Assembly (NCBI GenBank): GCA_036258795.1
Contig: DATACZ010000010.1
Location: 1 to 51,790, forward strand
DNA: 51,790 nt
DNA from: Actinomycetota bacterium
GTDB lineage: Bacteria > Actinomycetota > CADDZG01 > JAHWKV01
Direction: 5' to 3'
The translations under genes were made by a program, and so were the position numbers. Below the pieces are notes generated by a model that was not told the origin of the DNA, made no database searches, and saw nothing but the letters and a program-made list of their open reading frames with translations. Positions 27,823-36,820 of the stretch are shown here, in pieces. The stretch's first letter is position 1, and every line of letters starts with the position of its first letter.

Positions 27823-28170
27823 GTGACCCGCATTCAGATCAAGCAAGTTGGAGAGGCGTCCGCAGCGCGCTTTCTCGAGGGGCTTGGCATGAGGATCGTC
27901 GACAGGAATTGGCGATGCAGGCTCGGCGAGTTGGACTTGGTGGCATTGGACGGCTCTACATTGGTGTTTGTTGAGGTCAAGGCTCGATCTCACGACTCAT
28001 TCGTCGATCCCGCACTGGGCGTGGACCATCGTAAGAGGGTGAAGGTACGGCGCGTCGCGGGCGCATACCTTGCCTTGAAACGCCCAGAATTCAAATCGTG
28101 CCGCTTCGACGTTGTCTCGGTGGTCACCGGCCCGCCCCTCAAGCTTGGCCATATCATCGACGCGTTTTGA
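27823..28170 (+). CDS. yraN: YraN family (UPF0102) endonuclease-like protein
   Basis: 115 aa. GEASAARFLEGLGMRIVDRNWRCRLGELDLVALDGSTLVFVEVKARS, a typical UPF0102 core (D...E-V-K). Confidence 0.88.
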   Translation: MTRIQIKQVGEASAARFLEGLGMRIVDRNWRCRLGELDLVALDGSTLVFVEVKARSHDSFVDPALGVDHRKRVKVRRVAGAYLALKRPEFKSCRFDVVSVVTGPPLKLGHIIDAF

Positions 28171-28204
28171 GGGGACCTCCGAAAAAGACGCCTGGAGTAT
28201 CTAA

Positions 28205-29002
28205 GTGAGGCGGCGGTGGCCGCTGGTGCTCACGGCGGCGCTGATGCTACTGATTTCAGGTGCCTTGGTAGCGGTGATTATCACCTCTCGAACGATCGTT
28301 GGCGCGGTACCGGGCAGGTCGCCGATTCTGGGCATGGCGGCTCTAGACGATGGTTTCCTGGTTGGAACCAGCCGGGGTGCGTTTGTGAGCCGGGATGGGG
28401 TTACGTGGTCCGGAGTAAAGAACTTCTCGCGTTCCGAAACGCTGGTAGCCGATGGCCGGACACAAGGCCTCGTCTTGTCCGCGGGAACGGTGTGGTCGAC
28501 CAGAGACCTGTCGGCCTTCGACAAGCGAAGTCAGGTAGGGCGCGGGGTTGCGATGGCTGTGGCAGCCGACGACTCGGTGTACGTGGTCAAGGACCCGGCA
28601 CATGTTCTTCGCATATCGGGCAACCAGACGCAGCAACTAGCTTTTTCCACTGGTCCTGAGGAGATCCTGTCCCTTGCGTCCGTAGACGCCGGATCACTCC
28701 TGGCGGGGGGATTGACCTCCGGTCTGTGGGAGTCGAGGGATGGAGGAGTCACGTGGCGCCGCCTCCTGCAGACCCCAACCCGAGCGATCATGGGCGATCC
28801 AGCCAGTGAGAAAAGGATTTTCATCGCCACTGCAGGAGGGATCCTAGTTTCTAACGATGAGGGACGCCGGTGGCGCTTCACCGGGATGCGGATGCCCGTG
28901 GAGGCCCTGGCAGAGGCCGCGGGCAGATTCTTTGCTCTGTCCACAGACAGGCTCGTCTACACCTCCACCGACGGGGTTAGCTGGTCAAGAATCAATAACT
29001 AG
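28205..29002 (+). CDS. Secreted/anchored BNR (Asp-box) repeat beta-propeller-like protein
   Basis: 265 aa, GTG start. Signal anchor PLVLTAALMLLISGALVAVIIT. Repeated SxDxGxTW-like boxes: SRDGVTWSGV, ESRDGGVTWRRL, SNDEGRRWRF, STDGVSWSRI. Confidence 0.7.
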   Translation: MRRRWPLVLTAALMLLISGALVAVIITSRTIVGAVPGRSPILGMAALDDGFLVGTSRGAFVSRDGVTWSGVKNFSRSETLVADGRTQGLVLSAGTVWSTRDLSAFDKRSQVGRGVAMAVAADDSVYVVKDPAHVLRISGNQTQQLAFSTGPEEILSLASVDAGSLLAGGLTSGLWESRDGGVTWRRLLQTPTRAIMGDPASEKRIFIATAGGILVSNDEGRRWRFTGMRMPVEALAEAAGRFFALSTDRLVYTSTDGVSWSRINN

Positions 29003-29057
29003 AATCCCTTTCCACCGGGGGCCCGGAACTGTCACCCGCAGCGTCTAGGGTGAGAGC

Positions 29058-30566
29058 GTGTTCGCAAGGGTGTCGTCTGTTGCCGTGGTGGGTATGGAGG
29101 CCCGTCCGGTCCAGGTCGAGGTAGACCTGGGGGGAGGGCTGCCCGACTTCCACCTGGTGGGCCTGCCGAGCGCCGGCACCAAGGAGGCCCGGCGCCGAGT
29201 CCGCTCCGCCGTTATTAACTCCGAGCAGGAATGGCCCCAAAGAAGTATCACGGCCAACCTGGCTCCTGCAGACCTCAGGAAGGATGGCTCGATGTTCGAC
29301 CTGCCCCTGGCGCTGGGAGTCCTTGCCGCCACGGGGAAGGTGGCCAAGGATCGCCTCTCCGACTACCTGTTCCTGGGCGAGCTTGCACTCGACGGGTGTC
29401 TCAGGCCTGTTAGGGGCGCCCTTCCCGCGGCCCTGGCAGCCAAGGAGTCGGCCTCCAAGGGCCTGGTGCTTCCGCTGGAAAATGCCTCCGAAGCGGCGCT
29501 GGTGCCGGGCATAGAGGTGGTGGGTGCCGGACACCTGGCCGAGGCGATCTCGTTCCTCGGGGGACAGTCTCCGCCCGCCACGGACAGGCCGAGCGCTGCC
29601 GAGCTTCTGGCTTCCGCCCGGTACCGGGGGCCGGACCTGAGCGATGTCCGCGGCCAGGCTCTGGGCCTCAGGGCTCTTGAGATATCGGCCGTGGGGGGCC
29701 ACAACATCTTGTTGGTCGGGCCTCCCGGGTCGGGGAAGACCATGCTGGCCGAGCGCCTGCCCGGGATACTTCCACCACTCACGGAGGCAGAGGCCATCGA
29801 GGCCACGCACGTCTGGTCTGTGGCAGGGTTGCTCGGGCCCAACCAGCCGATGGTGGTTGAGCGGCCATTCCGTGCCCCCCACCACCATGCCTCGGCGGCG
29901 GCGATCATCGGCGGCGGCAGCTCGGTTCCGAGGCCGGGCGAGATTTCCCTCGCCCACAACGGCTTGCTCTTCTTGGATGAGCTCCCCCTCTACCCGCGCA
30001 CGGTTCTGGAGGCGCTCAGAGAGCCGCTGGAGCAGGGGTATGTCACGGTGGCCCGGCAGGGGGCCACAGTGCGTTTCCCTGCAAACGTGTGCTTGGTGGC
30101 CGCTGCGAACCCGTGTCTCTGCGGTGGTGTCGGCGATCCGCGCCGTATTTGCCAGTGTCCGCCGGGAAGGCTTGAGTCTTACCGGTCGAAGCTCTCCGGT
30201 CCGTTGCTCGACCGAATCGATCTGCATGTTGAGGTGGCAAGCCTGACTGAGCGAGAGCTTTTTGAGATGGAACCCTCGCACTCGACTGCAATGGTCCGGG
30301 AAAGGGTGCTCCAGGCCAGAGCCTTTCGAGAAGAAAGGAAGTTGGAGGGCTACGGTCAACCATTAGAAGGCCTTGCCGAGCTCAAGCCCGGCGTCCGCAG
30401 ATTTCTGCAGAGGACCGTTTCAGTGGACCGCACCTCCGCTCGGGGAGTCTCCAGGGTGGTGAAGGTGGCAAGGTCGATCGCCGACCTGGCAAAGTCCTGT
30501 GAGGTAGAAGAGCTCCACATCGCGGAGGCCATCCAATTTCAGCGCACCGTCTGGAGGAGAACTTGA
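29058..30566 (+). CDS. comM: Mg-chelatase-like AAA+ ATPase ComM/YifB
   Basis: 502 aa. N-terminal Lon-protease-like domain (MFARVSSVAVVGMEARPVQVEVDL), Walker A GPPGSGKTMLA, Walker B LLFLDELP, Cys-rich insert CLCGG...CQCPPG, C-terminal ChlI-like helix bundle. Confidence 0.93.
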   Translation: MFARVSSVAVVGMEARPVQVEVDLGGGLPDFHLVGLPSAGTKEARRRVRSAVINSEQEWPQRSITANLAPADLRKDGSMFDLPLALGVLAATGKVAKDRLSDYLFLGELALDGCLRPVRGALPAALAAKESASKGLVLPLENASEAALVPGIEVVGAGHLAEAISFLGGQSPPATDRPSAAELLASARYRGPDLSDVRGQALGLRALEISAVGGHNILLVGPPGSGKTMLAERLPGILPPLTEAEAIEATHVWSVAGLLGPNQPMVVERPFRAPHHHASAAAIIGGGSSVPRPGEISLAHNGLLFLDELPLYPRTVLEALREPLEQGYVTVARQGATVRFPANVCLVAAANPCLCGGVGDPRRICQCPPGRLESYRSKLSGPLLDRIDLHVEVASLTERELFEMEPSHSTAMVRERVLQARAFREERKLEGYGQPLEGLAELKPGVRRFLQRTVSVDRTSARGVSRVVKVARSIADLAKSCEVEELHIAEAIQFQRTVWRRT

Positions 30567-31444
30567 ACCGTCCGGTGGAGCTGAGCAGCTCCAGGGAGAT
30601 CACGCCAGCCCATCGCGAGTACCCAGCGCTTCTTCGTGAAATACCAGACCCGCCCTTGCGGCTCTACGGAGCAGGCAGGAGTCTGGAGCCCGGGCCTGTG
30701 CTGGCTATCGTGGGGACGCGTAAGGCCTCACCTTATGGCTTGGAGGTGGGGGAGTGGCTAGCGGCAGAGCTGGCCCTCCTCGGCATTACCGTGGTAAGTG
30801 GACTCGCCCATGGGATCGACGCCTCAGCGCACCGTGGAGCGTTAAGCGCTGGTGGAACCACCATTGCCGTGCTGGGTTCCGGCCTGGACGTTTGCTATCC
30901 CACTCGGAACCGAGAGCTGTACCGCCAGATTCTGAGTGTGGGCACCCTCGTATCGGAGCACCCACCCGGCACCAAGCCTTTGCCCCATCATTTTCCTATT
31001 CGGAACCGGATCATTGCGGGGATGTCCTTGGGTGTTGTAATCGTGGAAGGCAAGCTGGGTGGCGGAGCCATGATCACCGCACGTCTTGCTATGGAGTACG
31101 GACGGGAGGTCTTTGCAGTCCCTGGGCCTGTTCATTCTGCGGGCTCTCGGGGGCCCCATCTCCTCGTCCGAGACGGTGCCCGGCTGGTGACCTCGCCGGA
31201 GGACATACTCGAAGACCTTGGACTGCCGGCTTCTGGGTCCCGAAATCAAAATGCCTCCGAGCTCCGTCCGGATGAGAGGAGGGTGATGGAGCAGCTGGAG
31301 GCAGAACCGATGCTCCTCGACTCGATCGCTCACAGAGCGCGCATGCCGCCCTCCACCGTCGCTGCAGTCCTGGTAGGCCTGGAGATGAAAGGGCAGGCCA
31401 GCCGGCTGCCCGGCGGCAGATTTGCCCGATCCGTAGCCATCTGA
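30563..31444 (+). CDS. dprA: DNA processing protein DprA (short form)
   Basis: 293 aa. TTG overlapping the comM stop. AIVGTRKASPYG, VVSGLAHGIDASAHRGAL, GSGLDVCYPTRN, Rossmann core plus C-terminal winged helix. Confidence 0.92.
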   Translation: MNRPVELSSSREITPAHREYPALLREIPDPPLRLYGAGRSLEPGPVLAIVGTRKASPYGLEVGEWLAAELALLGITVVSGLAHGIDASAHRGALSAGGTTIAVLGSGLDVCYPTRNRELYRQILSVGTLVSEHPPGTKPLPHHFPIRNRIIAGMSLGVVIVEGKLGGGAMITARLAMEYGREVFAVPGPVHSAGSRGPHLLVRDGARLVTSPEDILEDLGLPASGSRNQNASELRPDERRVMEQLEAEPMLLDSIAHRARMPPSTVAAVLVGLEMKGQASRLPGGRFARSVAI

Positions 31445-31590
31445 CTTCGTCAGTCTCACCGACGGCGCAGGCGACCTGGATCTGTTGTCTGGCGTCCGTT
31501 CAGGTCGTCAGCAGCCGTTGCTGGGCGCTCCAGGTCTGGAAACCCCTCCTAAACGAGGCCATATACTCAGAAAATGACGGCATTAGTGCG

Positions 31591-32442
31591 ATGAGCCGCC
31601 AGGCCGATGCAGAGCGCGGTGAACAGCAGTTCAGCACCCCTTCCAGGACGGATTTGGTGGGAGAGGAGGGGGCCGGACTGCAGGACGAGCTGGAGCAGCT
31701 CTGGAGGGACTTCAAGGGCACCGGCTCTACAGAGACACGAGACCGGTTGATCGTTCACTACGCGCCTCTCGTCAAGTACGTGGCAGGGCGCATGTCGGTT
31801 GGAATACCCGCCAGCATCGACCACGAGGATCTGACCTCGGCCGGGATAGTGGGGCTCATGGAGGCCATTTCGAAATTCGAGCCGGGTCGCGGCTACAAGT
31901 TCGAAACCTATGCAGCAAACCGCATCAGGGGCGCCATCCTCGATGACCTGAGGGCGATGGATTGGGTCCCTCGTTCGGTGCGAACTCAGGCGCGCCGGGT
32001 GGAGGAGACTTTGCAAAAGCTCCAGGAGGAGCTGCGACGCACCCCCTCGGACGAGGAGGTGGCGGCAGAGATGGGTGTGAGCGTCAGGAAGCTCCGGGCC
32101 ATTTACTCTCGGATCTCTACGGTCCTTTTCGTCTCTCTCGAGAAGCTGCTCTCGCTCGGCGAGATGAGCGGCACGCTGTCCTTGATCGAAACACTGGCGG
32201 ATTCCCAGGCCGAGGATCCGGTTAGTCACGTCGAGTCCCAGGAGATGAAGGCGTTTCTAGCCCAGGCTATTGGGAGGCTTCCCGACCGTGAACGAACTGC
32301 GATTACCCTTTATTACTATGAGGGGCTCAGCTTGAGTGAGATCGCGCAAGTTGTGGGGCTATCGCAGGCTAGGATCTCTCAGATGAACGCCAAGTCGGTC
32401 CTGCAGTTTAGATCTCAGCTCAACAAGGGACCGGGGCGCTGA
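31591..32442 (+). CDS. whiG: RNA polymerase sigma factor, FliA/WhiG (sigma-28) family
   Basis: 283 aa. Region 2 (LIVHYAPLVKYVAGRM ... GIVGLMEAISKFEPGRGYKFETYAANRIRGAILDDLR), region 3, and region 4.2 HTH LSLSEIAQVVGLSQARISQMNAKSVLQFR. Sits where Streptomyces has whiG. Confidence 0.85.
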   Translation: MSRQADAERGEQQFSTPSRTDLVGEEGAGLQDELEQLWRDFKGTGSTETRDRLIVHYAPLVKYVAGRMSVGIPASIDHEDLTSAGIVGLMEAISKFEPGRGYKFETYAANRIRGAILDDLRAMDWVPRSVRTQARRVEETLQKLQEELRRTPSDEEVAAEMGVSVRKLRAIYSRISTVLFVSLEKLLSLGEMSGTLSLIETLADSQAEDPVSHVESQEMKAFLAQAIGRLPDRERTAITLYYYEGLSLSEIAQVVGLSQARISQMNAKSVLQFRSQLNKGPGR

Positions 32443-32458
32443 GAGCCGGCCTCTCAGC
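32438..32458 (+). terminator. Strong GC hairpin spanning the whiG stop codon (terminator-like, no U-tract)
   Basis: gctgagag (32438-32445) - ccggc - ctctcagc (32451-32458), 8 perfect base pairs. No following T-run. Confidence 0.35.
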
Positions 32459-32541
32459 AGCCTCCCGCAACGAAGGTTAAGCTTCCTAAAACCCCCTAAA
32501 CGCATTCTGGAGTCAAAGCCAAGCAATTGAAAGGAGACGGC

Positions 32542-33600
32542 ATGGCCGTCGTTTCACTGAAACAGCTTCTCGAGGCGGGAGTCCATTTCGGACACCAAAC
32601 TCGCCGGTGGAACCCGAAGATGCGTAGGTTCATCTTCGCCGAGCGAAACGGCATCTACATCATCGACCTGCTCAAGACCCTGTCCGGGATAGAAGCCGCA
32701 TACGAATACTGTCGCAAGCTTGTGGCCGGGGGCGGAATCGTCCTTTTCGTGGGGACCAAGAAGCAGATCGCCGACGCCGTGGCCGAGGAGGCCAAGCGTG
32801 TGGGGATGCCCTACGTCAACTACCGCTGGCTGGGAGGGATGCTGACCAACTTCCAGACGATTCATCGCCGCATCCTCAGGATGAGGGAGCTGGAGTCGCA
32901 GGAAGCCCAAGGCATCTTCGACGAGATTCCCAAGAAGGAGGCCCTTACCCTTCGCAAGGAGCTGGAGAAGCTGCGGAAGAACCTCGACGGAATCCGAGAC
33001 CTCAACCGCCGTCCGGATGCGGTCTTCGTCGTGGACACCCGTAAGGAGGAAATCGCGGTCAGAGAGGCCCGCAAGCTGGGACTTCCGATAATTGCCATCG
33101 TCGACACAAACTGCGACCCGGACGACGTGGACTACATCATCCCTGGCAACGACGATGCCATCCGCTCGGGTGCTCTACTTACCAGGGTAATAGCAGATGC
33201 CATCGCGGCCGGACTGAACGAGCGGCCACCAGAGGTGATCGCGGCAGCCGAGGCGGCAGCCGCCTCTAACGTGACTCTCACGGCGGGAAGCGAGGAGCCC
33301 CCGGCGGAGTGGGAGATCATGCTGGCTCAGCAGGAGTCCGAGAGTGCTCGACGCGCCAGGCTTGCGACGGAGGAGGCACCTCCGGCAGAGGAGGCCTCGG
33401 CGGAAATCACGGCCGTGCCTGCCCCCGAGCCGCCCGGAATTGAACCTATCAAAGCAGGCCCAACCCCCGGACCGGAACCTGACGACGCTCCGGTGGATCG
33501 GTTCCAGAGCCTGCTGGATGACTCGCCTCTCCCCGGCGAGGACATCGAGGAGGAGCTCAAGGCCAAATACAAGGACGAAGACGAGGTCAAGCACAGGTGA
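32542..33600 (+). CDS. rpsB: 30S ribosomal protein S2 with ~100-aa acidic/Pro-rich C-terminal tail
   Basis: ATG 32542 preceded by aaggaga (32531-32537). [27 protein letters not shown]... The ORF-track TTG 32527 is less likely. Confidence 0.95.
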   Translation: MAVVSLKQLLEAGVHFGHQTRRWNPKMRRFIFAERNGIYIIDLLKTLSGIEAAYEYCRKLVAGGGIVLFVGTKKQIADAVAEEAKRVGMPYVNYRWLGGMLTNFQTIHRRILRMRELESQEAQGIFDEIPKKEALTLRKELEKLRKNLDGIRDLNRRPDAVFVVDTRKEEIAVREARKLGLPIIAIVDTNCDPDDVDYIIPGNDDAIRSGALLTRVIADAIAAGLNERPPEVIAAAEAAAASNVTLTAGSEEPPAEWEIMLAQQESESARRARLATEEAPPAEEASAEITAVPAPEPPGIEPIKAGPTPGPEPDDAPVDRFQSLLDDSPLPGEDIEEELKAKYKDEDEVKHR

Positions 33601-33753
33601 GCGAGCGAAGCGAGCGAATCAATGCCTTGCCTTTCTCCGGTCCACCGAGCGACCGAAGGGAGCGAGTGTGGCCGTTGAGCGAGCGAAGCGAGCGAATCCA
33701 AGGCTTGCCTTTTCCGGACATGCGACCGAGCGTAGCGAGGGAGCGTGGCCGTT
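33598..33753 (+). repeat. Tandem duplication (2 x ~78 nt) filling the whole rpsB-tsf spacer
   Basis: Unit 1 at 33598-33675, unit 2 at 33676-33752/3. Both start TGAGCGAGCGAAGCGAGCGAATC (23/23 identical; unit 1 contains the rpsB stop) and end GTGGCCGT. The middle is roughly 70% identical by my hand alignment. Each 23-mer contains GCGAGCGAA twice. Confidence 0.85.
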
Positions 33754-33754
33754 A

Positions 33755-34378
33755 ATGGTGGCAGCGTCAGACGTCAAGCAGCTTCGAGACCTAACGGGCG
33801 CCGGCATGATGGACTGCAAGCGCGCCCTCACCGAGTCCGAGGGGGACATCGAACGGGCGAAGGACCTTCTCAGGAAGTGGGGTTTGGCCGGGGCGGAGAA
33901 ACGCGCCGGACGAACCGCAACCGAGGGCGCCATCGGTTACTACATTCACCAGGTTGATCCCGAGCTACCCCCCAAGAAGGGTGTGCTCGTAGAGCTGAAC
34001 TGCGAGACCGATTTCGTCGCAAAGACGCCGGAGTTCAAAGAGCTTGCCCGCAACATCGCCATGCATATCGCGGCCATGGAGCCTCGGTGGGTATCCCGAT
34101 CCGACGTTCCGGAAGAGCTGCTGGAACGGGAGCGGAATATTCTCAAAGACTCGGACCAGGTGAAGGGCAAGCCGGCGACCATTGTGGAGAAGATCCTCGA
34201 AGGCAAGCTGAACTCCATCCTGTCCGACCGGGGAGGAGTCCTGGTGGACCAGCACTACGTCAAGGATGAAGGCGGGAAGCTTACCGTCGGCGAATTGATC
34301 AAAAGCTATGCCGCCACGGTCAAGGAAAATATCGTCGTCCGACGGTTTGCCCGGTTCACCGTAGGCGAACCGCTCTAG
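33755..34378 (+). CDS. tsf: Elongation factor Ts (short ~207-aa form)
   Basis: ATG 33755 gives MVAASDVKQLRDLTGAGMMDCKRALTESEGDIERAKDLLRKWG (UBA-like N-terminus typical of EF-Ts). The longer ORF-track version (33344) overlaps rpsB and was rejected. Confidence 0.92.
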   Translation: MVAASDVKQLRDLTGAGMMDCKRALTESEGDIERAKDLLRKWGLAGAEKRAGRTATEGAIGYYIHQVDPELPPKKGVLVELNCETDFVAKTPEFKELARNIAMHIAAMEPRWVSRSDVPEELLERERNILKDSDQVKGKPATIVEKILEGKLNSILSDRGGVLVDQHYVKDEGGKLTVGELIKSYAATVKENIVVRRFARFTVGEPL

Positions 34379-34381
34379 CAG

Positions 34382-35125
34382 GTGGGCCAAGCGACCTACG
34401 AACGGGTCCTGCTCAAGCTGTCTGGCGAGGCGTTTGCGGATCCATCTCTGGGGTTCGGCATCGACGCCGGAATAGTGACTTCCCTTGCCAAGCAGCTTGC
34501 CGACATCCAACGCTTGGGCGTTGAAATATCCGTCGTGGTAGGCGGGGGCAACATCTTTCGCGGCAGCCAGGCGGCAGCCATGGGGATGGAGCGTGCCAGG
34601 GCCGACTACATGGGCATGCTGGCCACGGTCATCAATGGGTTGGCGCTTGCCGATGCGCTCGATCAGGTAGAGGCGGATTGCCGGGTGATGAGCGCCATCT
34701 GGATGCAGGAGGTGGCCGAGCCGTTCATACGGGGCAGGGCCATGAGGCATCTGGAAAAGGGAATGATCGTCATCTTCGTCGGCGGGACGGGCAACCCATA
34801 CTTCTCCACCGACACGGCAGCTTCCGTAAGGGCGTTGGAGGTTGGAGCCGATGCTCTGCTCAAGGGCACCAAGGTCGACGGCGTCTACGACTCCGACCCT
34901 TTGGTCAATCCGCTGGCCAAGAAGCTCGACTACGTGGAGTACATTGAGGTTCTCAACAAGGGCCTGAAGGTAATGGACTCCACGGCAATCTCCCTGTGCA
35001 TGGACAACAAGCTGCCGATCGTCGTGTTCAACCTGACTGTGGATGGGAACCTGCGCAGAGTGATCATGGGGGAAAGAGTGGGAACCAAGGTCGGTTTCGG
35101 GGCCCCGTTGATAGAAAGTTCCTAG
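34382..35125 (+). CDS. pyrH: UMP kinase
   Basis: 247 aa, GTG start. [51 protein letters not shown]. Confidence 0.95.
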   Translation: MGQATYERVLLKLSGEAFADPSLGFGIDAGIVTSLAKQLADIQRLGVEISVVVGGGNIFRGSQAAAMGMERARADYMGMLATVINGLALADALDQVEADCRVMSAIWMQEVAEPFIRGRAMRHLEKGMIVIFVGGTGNPYFSTDTAASVRALEVGADALLKGTKVDGVYDSDPLVNPLAKKLDYVEYIEVLNKGLKVMDSTAISLCMDNKLPIVVFNLTVDGNLRRVIMGERVGTKVGFGAPLIESS

Positions 35126-35137
35126 CTCGAGGACGGA

Positions 35138-35698
35138 ATGGTTCTAGACAAGCAGATGGCGGAAGCTGAATCCAAGATGCGCAAGGCTATCGCCGCGACT
35201 CGTGAGGAGTTCGCAATGGTGAGGACGGGCCGGGCCTCGCCGCACCTCCTTGATCGGATAGAGGTTGACTACTATGGGTCCAAGACCCCAGTCGGTCAGA
35301 TCGCCGGGATATCGATACCCGAGGCTCGCATGATGGTCATCTCGCCCTACGACAAGAACGCTCTCGGCGGTATCGAGAAGGCCATACTGGCCTCGGATCT
35401 CGGGATCAACCCATCGAACGACGGAAACGTCATTCGGCTCGCTTTTCCGCCCCTTACCGAAGAGAGGCGCAAGGGGTTGATCAGGGTCGTGAGGGAGAGA
35501 GCCGAGGAGGGCAGGGTTGCCATCCGCAACATACGCCGCCACAGCAAAGACGAGATGGAAAGGATGCAGCGGGACAGCGAGATCTCCAAGGACGACCTCA
35601 AGCGGGTGGAGAAGGAGCTCCAAAAGCTGACCGACCACTACGTCGAGGAGATCGACAAGATGGTGTCCCACAAGGAGCAGGAGCTGCTGGAGGTCTAG
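35138..35698 (+). CDS. frr: Ribosome recycling factor
   Basis: 186 aa. RTGRASPHLLDRIEVDYYGSKTPVGQIAGISIPEARMMVISPYD, LTEERRKGLIRVV, IRNIRRH. Confidence 0.95.
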   Translation: MVLDKQMAEAESKMRKAIAATREEFAMVRTGRASPHLLDRIEVDYYGSKTPVGQIAGISIPEARMMVISPYDKNALGGIEKAILASDLGINPSNDGNVIRLAFPPLTEERRKGLIRVVRERAEEGRVAIRNIRRHSKDEMERMQRDSEISKDDLKRVEKELQKLTDHYVEEIDKMVSHKEQELLEV

Positions 35699-35861
35699 GC
35701 ATATGCCTCGAGTGGCAAGTCTTGCCATGCTTCGGGGATGTTGTTCAAGCCGCCGGGGCTGCATTCTCGGTTTACAGCCGATTCGTCGAGTCCAGGCGTA
35801 GAAGAGGGATGCATTAGTCGATAAAGGCATCCCACTGAAAAGGGGAGTCCAGGCTTTCTCA

Positions 35862-36812
35862 ATGAACAGATCCACGGGGAGACGTAGAAAGGCGTCCGGG
35901 AGCTCTTCACTACGGCGACGCGTTCCTGGGCACCTCGGACGATCGACCCGCCGGGAAGGCGGTGCTTCACGTGATCGCCGTCCGAACACCGGACGCGACG
36001 GGACAAAACCCGGCGGTCGTAACGTCAAGGTCGCCATCCTCAGCGGCGTCGGTCTGGCCGGCCTGGTCGGAGGTCTTCTCTACATCGGGACCACGGCGTT
36101 CTTTGGATTCGCCTTGGTGGTGATAATGCTTGCCCAGGCGGAGTTCTACCGCGCGGCCCGCAGAGCAGGACATCACCCTGCCCCAGCACTCGGGTTGGTG
36201 GCCGGCGTTTTGATCCTTATGGAGGTCTTCACCAACGACCAGTCGGCTGCAGCTTTGGTGCTCTTTGCCACCCTAGCCTGCTCCTTCCTCTGGTATATGG
36301 GGTTCGAGTCGCGCCACAACCTTCTAATCAACGTGGGCATAACCATGTTCGGGATCGTCTACATCCCGCTGCTTGGTTCCTTTGTGGGGCTGCTCCTGTC
36401 CCGGCCGGACGGAGCGGAGGTCACGATCGTGACCCTCGCCGCAGTAGCGGTCTACGACATTTGCGCCTATGCAGGTGGGTCGATGTTCGGACGCAGGCCG
36501 ATGGCACCCAGCATCTCACCGAACAAGACTTGGGAGGGCGCCCTGATGGGCACGGTCGGCACGGTCGTCGTGATCCTGGCGTTGGGACCTCTCCTGGGAC
36601 CCTGGAACCTCGGTCAAGCGGCGATCCTTGGTGCTCTTATATCGGTGGTTGCCCCGGTCGGCGACCTGGTTGAGTCGATGATCAAGCGTGACTTTGGAAT
36701 CAAGGACATGGGAAGCATTCTCCCCGGGCATGGTGGGGCGCTGGACCGAATCGACGCCATGCTGGTTGCGGTCCCTACCTCCTACCTGTGTCTTGGACTA
36801 TTTGGCCTGTAG
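35862..36812 (+). CDS. cdsA: Phosphatidate cytidylyltransferase with very basic ~55-aa N-terminal extension
   Basis: 316 aa. Multi-TM. C-terminal CTP-transferase signature SMIKRDFGIKDMGSILPGHGGALDRIDAML. No alternative start closer to the first TM segment. Confidence 0.9.
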   Translation: MNRSTGRRRKASGSSSLRRRVPGHLGRSTRREGGASRDRRPNTGRDGTKPGGRNVKVAILSGVGLAGLVGGLLYIGTTAFFGFALVVIMLAQAEFYRAARRAGHHPAPALGLVAGVLILMEVFTNDQSAAALVLFATLACSFLWYMGFESRHNLLINVGITMFGIVYIPLLGSFVGLLLSRPDGAEVTIVTLAAVAVYDICAYAGGSMFGRRPMAPSISPNKTWEGALMGTVGTVVVILALGPLLGPWNLGQAAILGALISVVAPVGDLVESMIKRDFGIKDMGSILPGHGGALDRIDAMLVAVPTSYLCLGLFGL

Positions 36813-36820
36813 CTTCTCGA

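Noticed and set aside
28992-30359. 455-aa ORF antisense to comM. Similar long antisense ORFs occur at 44574-45836 (antisense to fabD/sigma), 35144-36037, 16971-17702, 15946-16638, 41256-42029 and 12116-12682.
   Set aside because: Each lies opposite a gene with unmistakable family motifs. Their translations are Arg/Pro/Gly/Ala-rich low complexity, typical of stop-poor antisense frames in GC-rich DNA. No recognisable domains.
33598-33753. Could the repeated 78-nt units be a CRISPR array or a MITE?
   Set aside because: There are only two directly abutting copies with no unique spacers, no terminal inverted repeats, no target-site duplication, and no cas or transposase genes. It is better described as a tandem duplication of the spacer.
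33344-33754. Long 5' extension of the tsf ORF (ORF track 33344-34378), overlapping the rpsB 3' end and the tandem repeat.
   Set aside because: The extension is out-of-frame rpsB sequence plus the repeat. EF-Ts homology begins at ATG 33755 (MVAASDVKQLRDLTGAGMMDCKRAL). Only the GTG at 33668 remains as a minor alternative, noted in the findings.
35713-35727. Hairpin tggcaa-gtc-ttgcca after frr, and a gggatgc/gcatccc stem further downstream in the frr-cdsA spacer.
   Set aside because: The stems are short, there is no U-tract, and the loops are very small or very large. This is insufficient to call a terminator or an RNA element.
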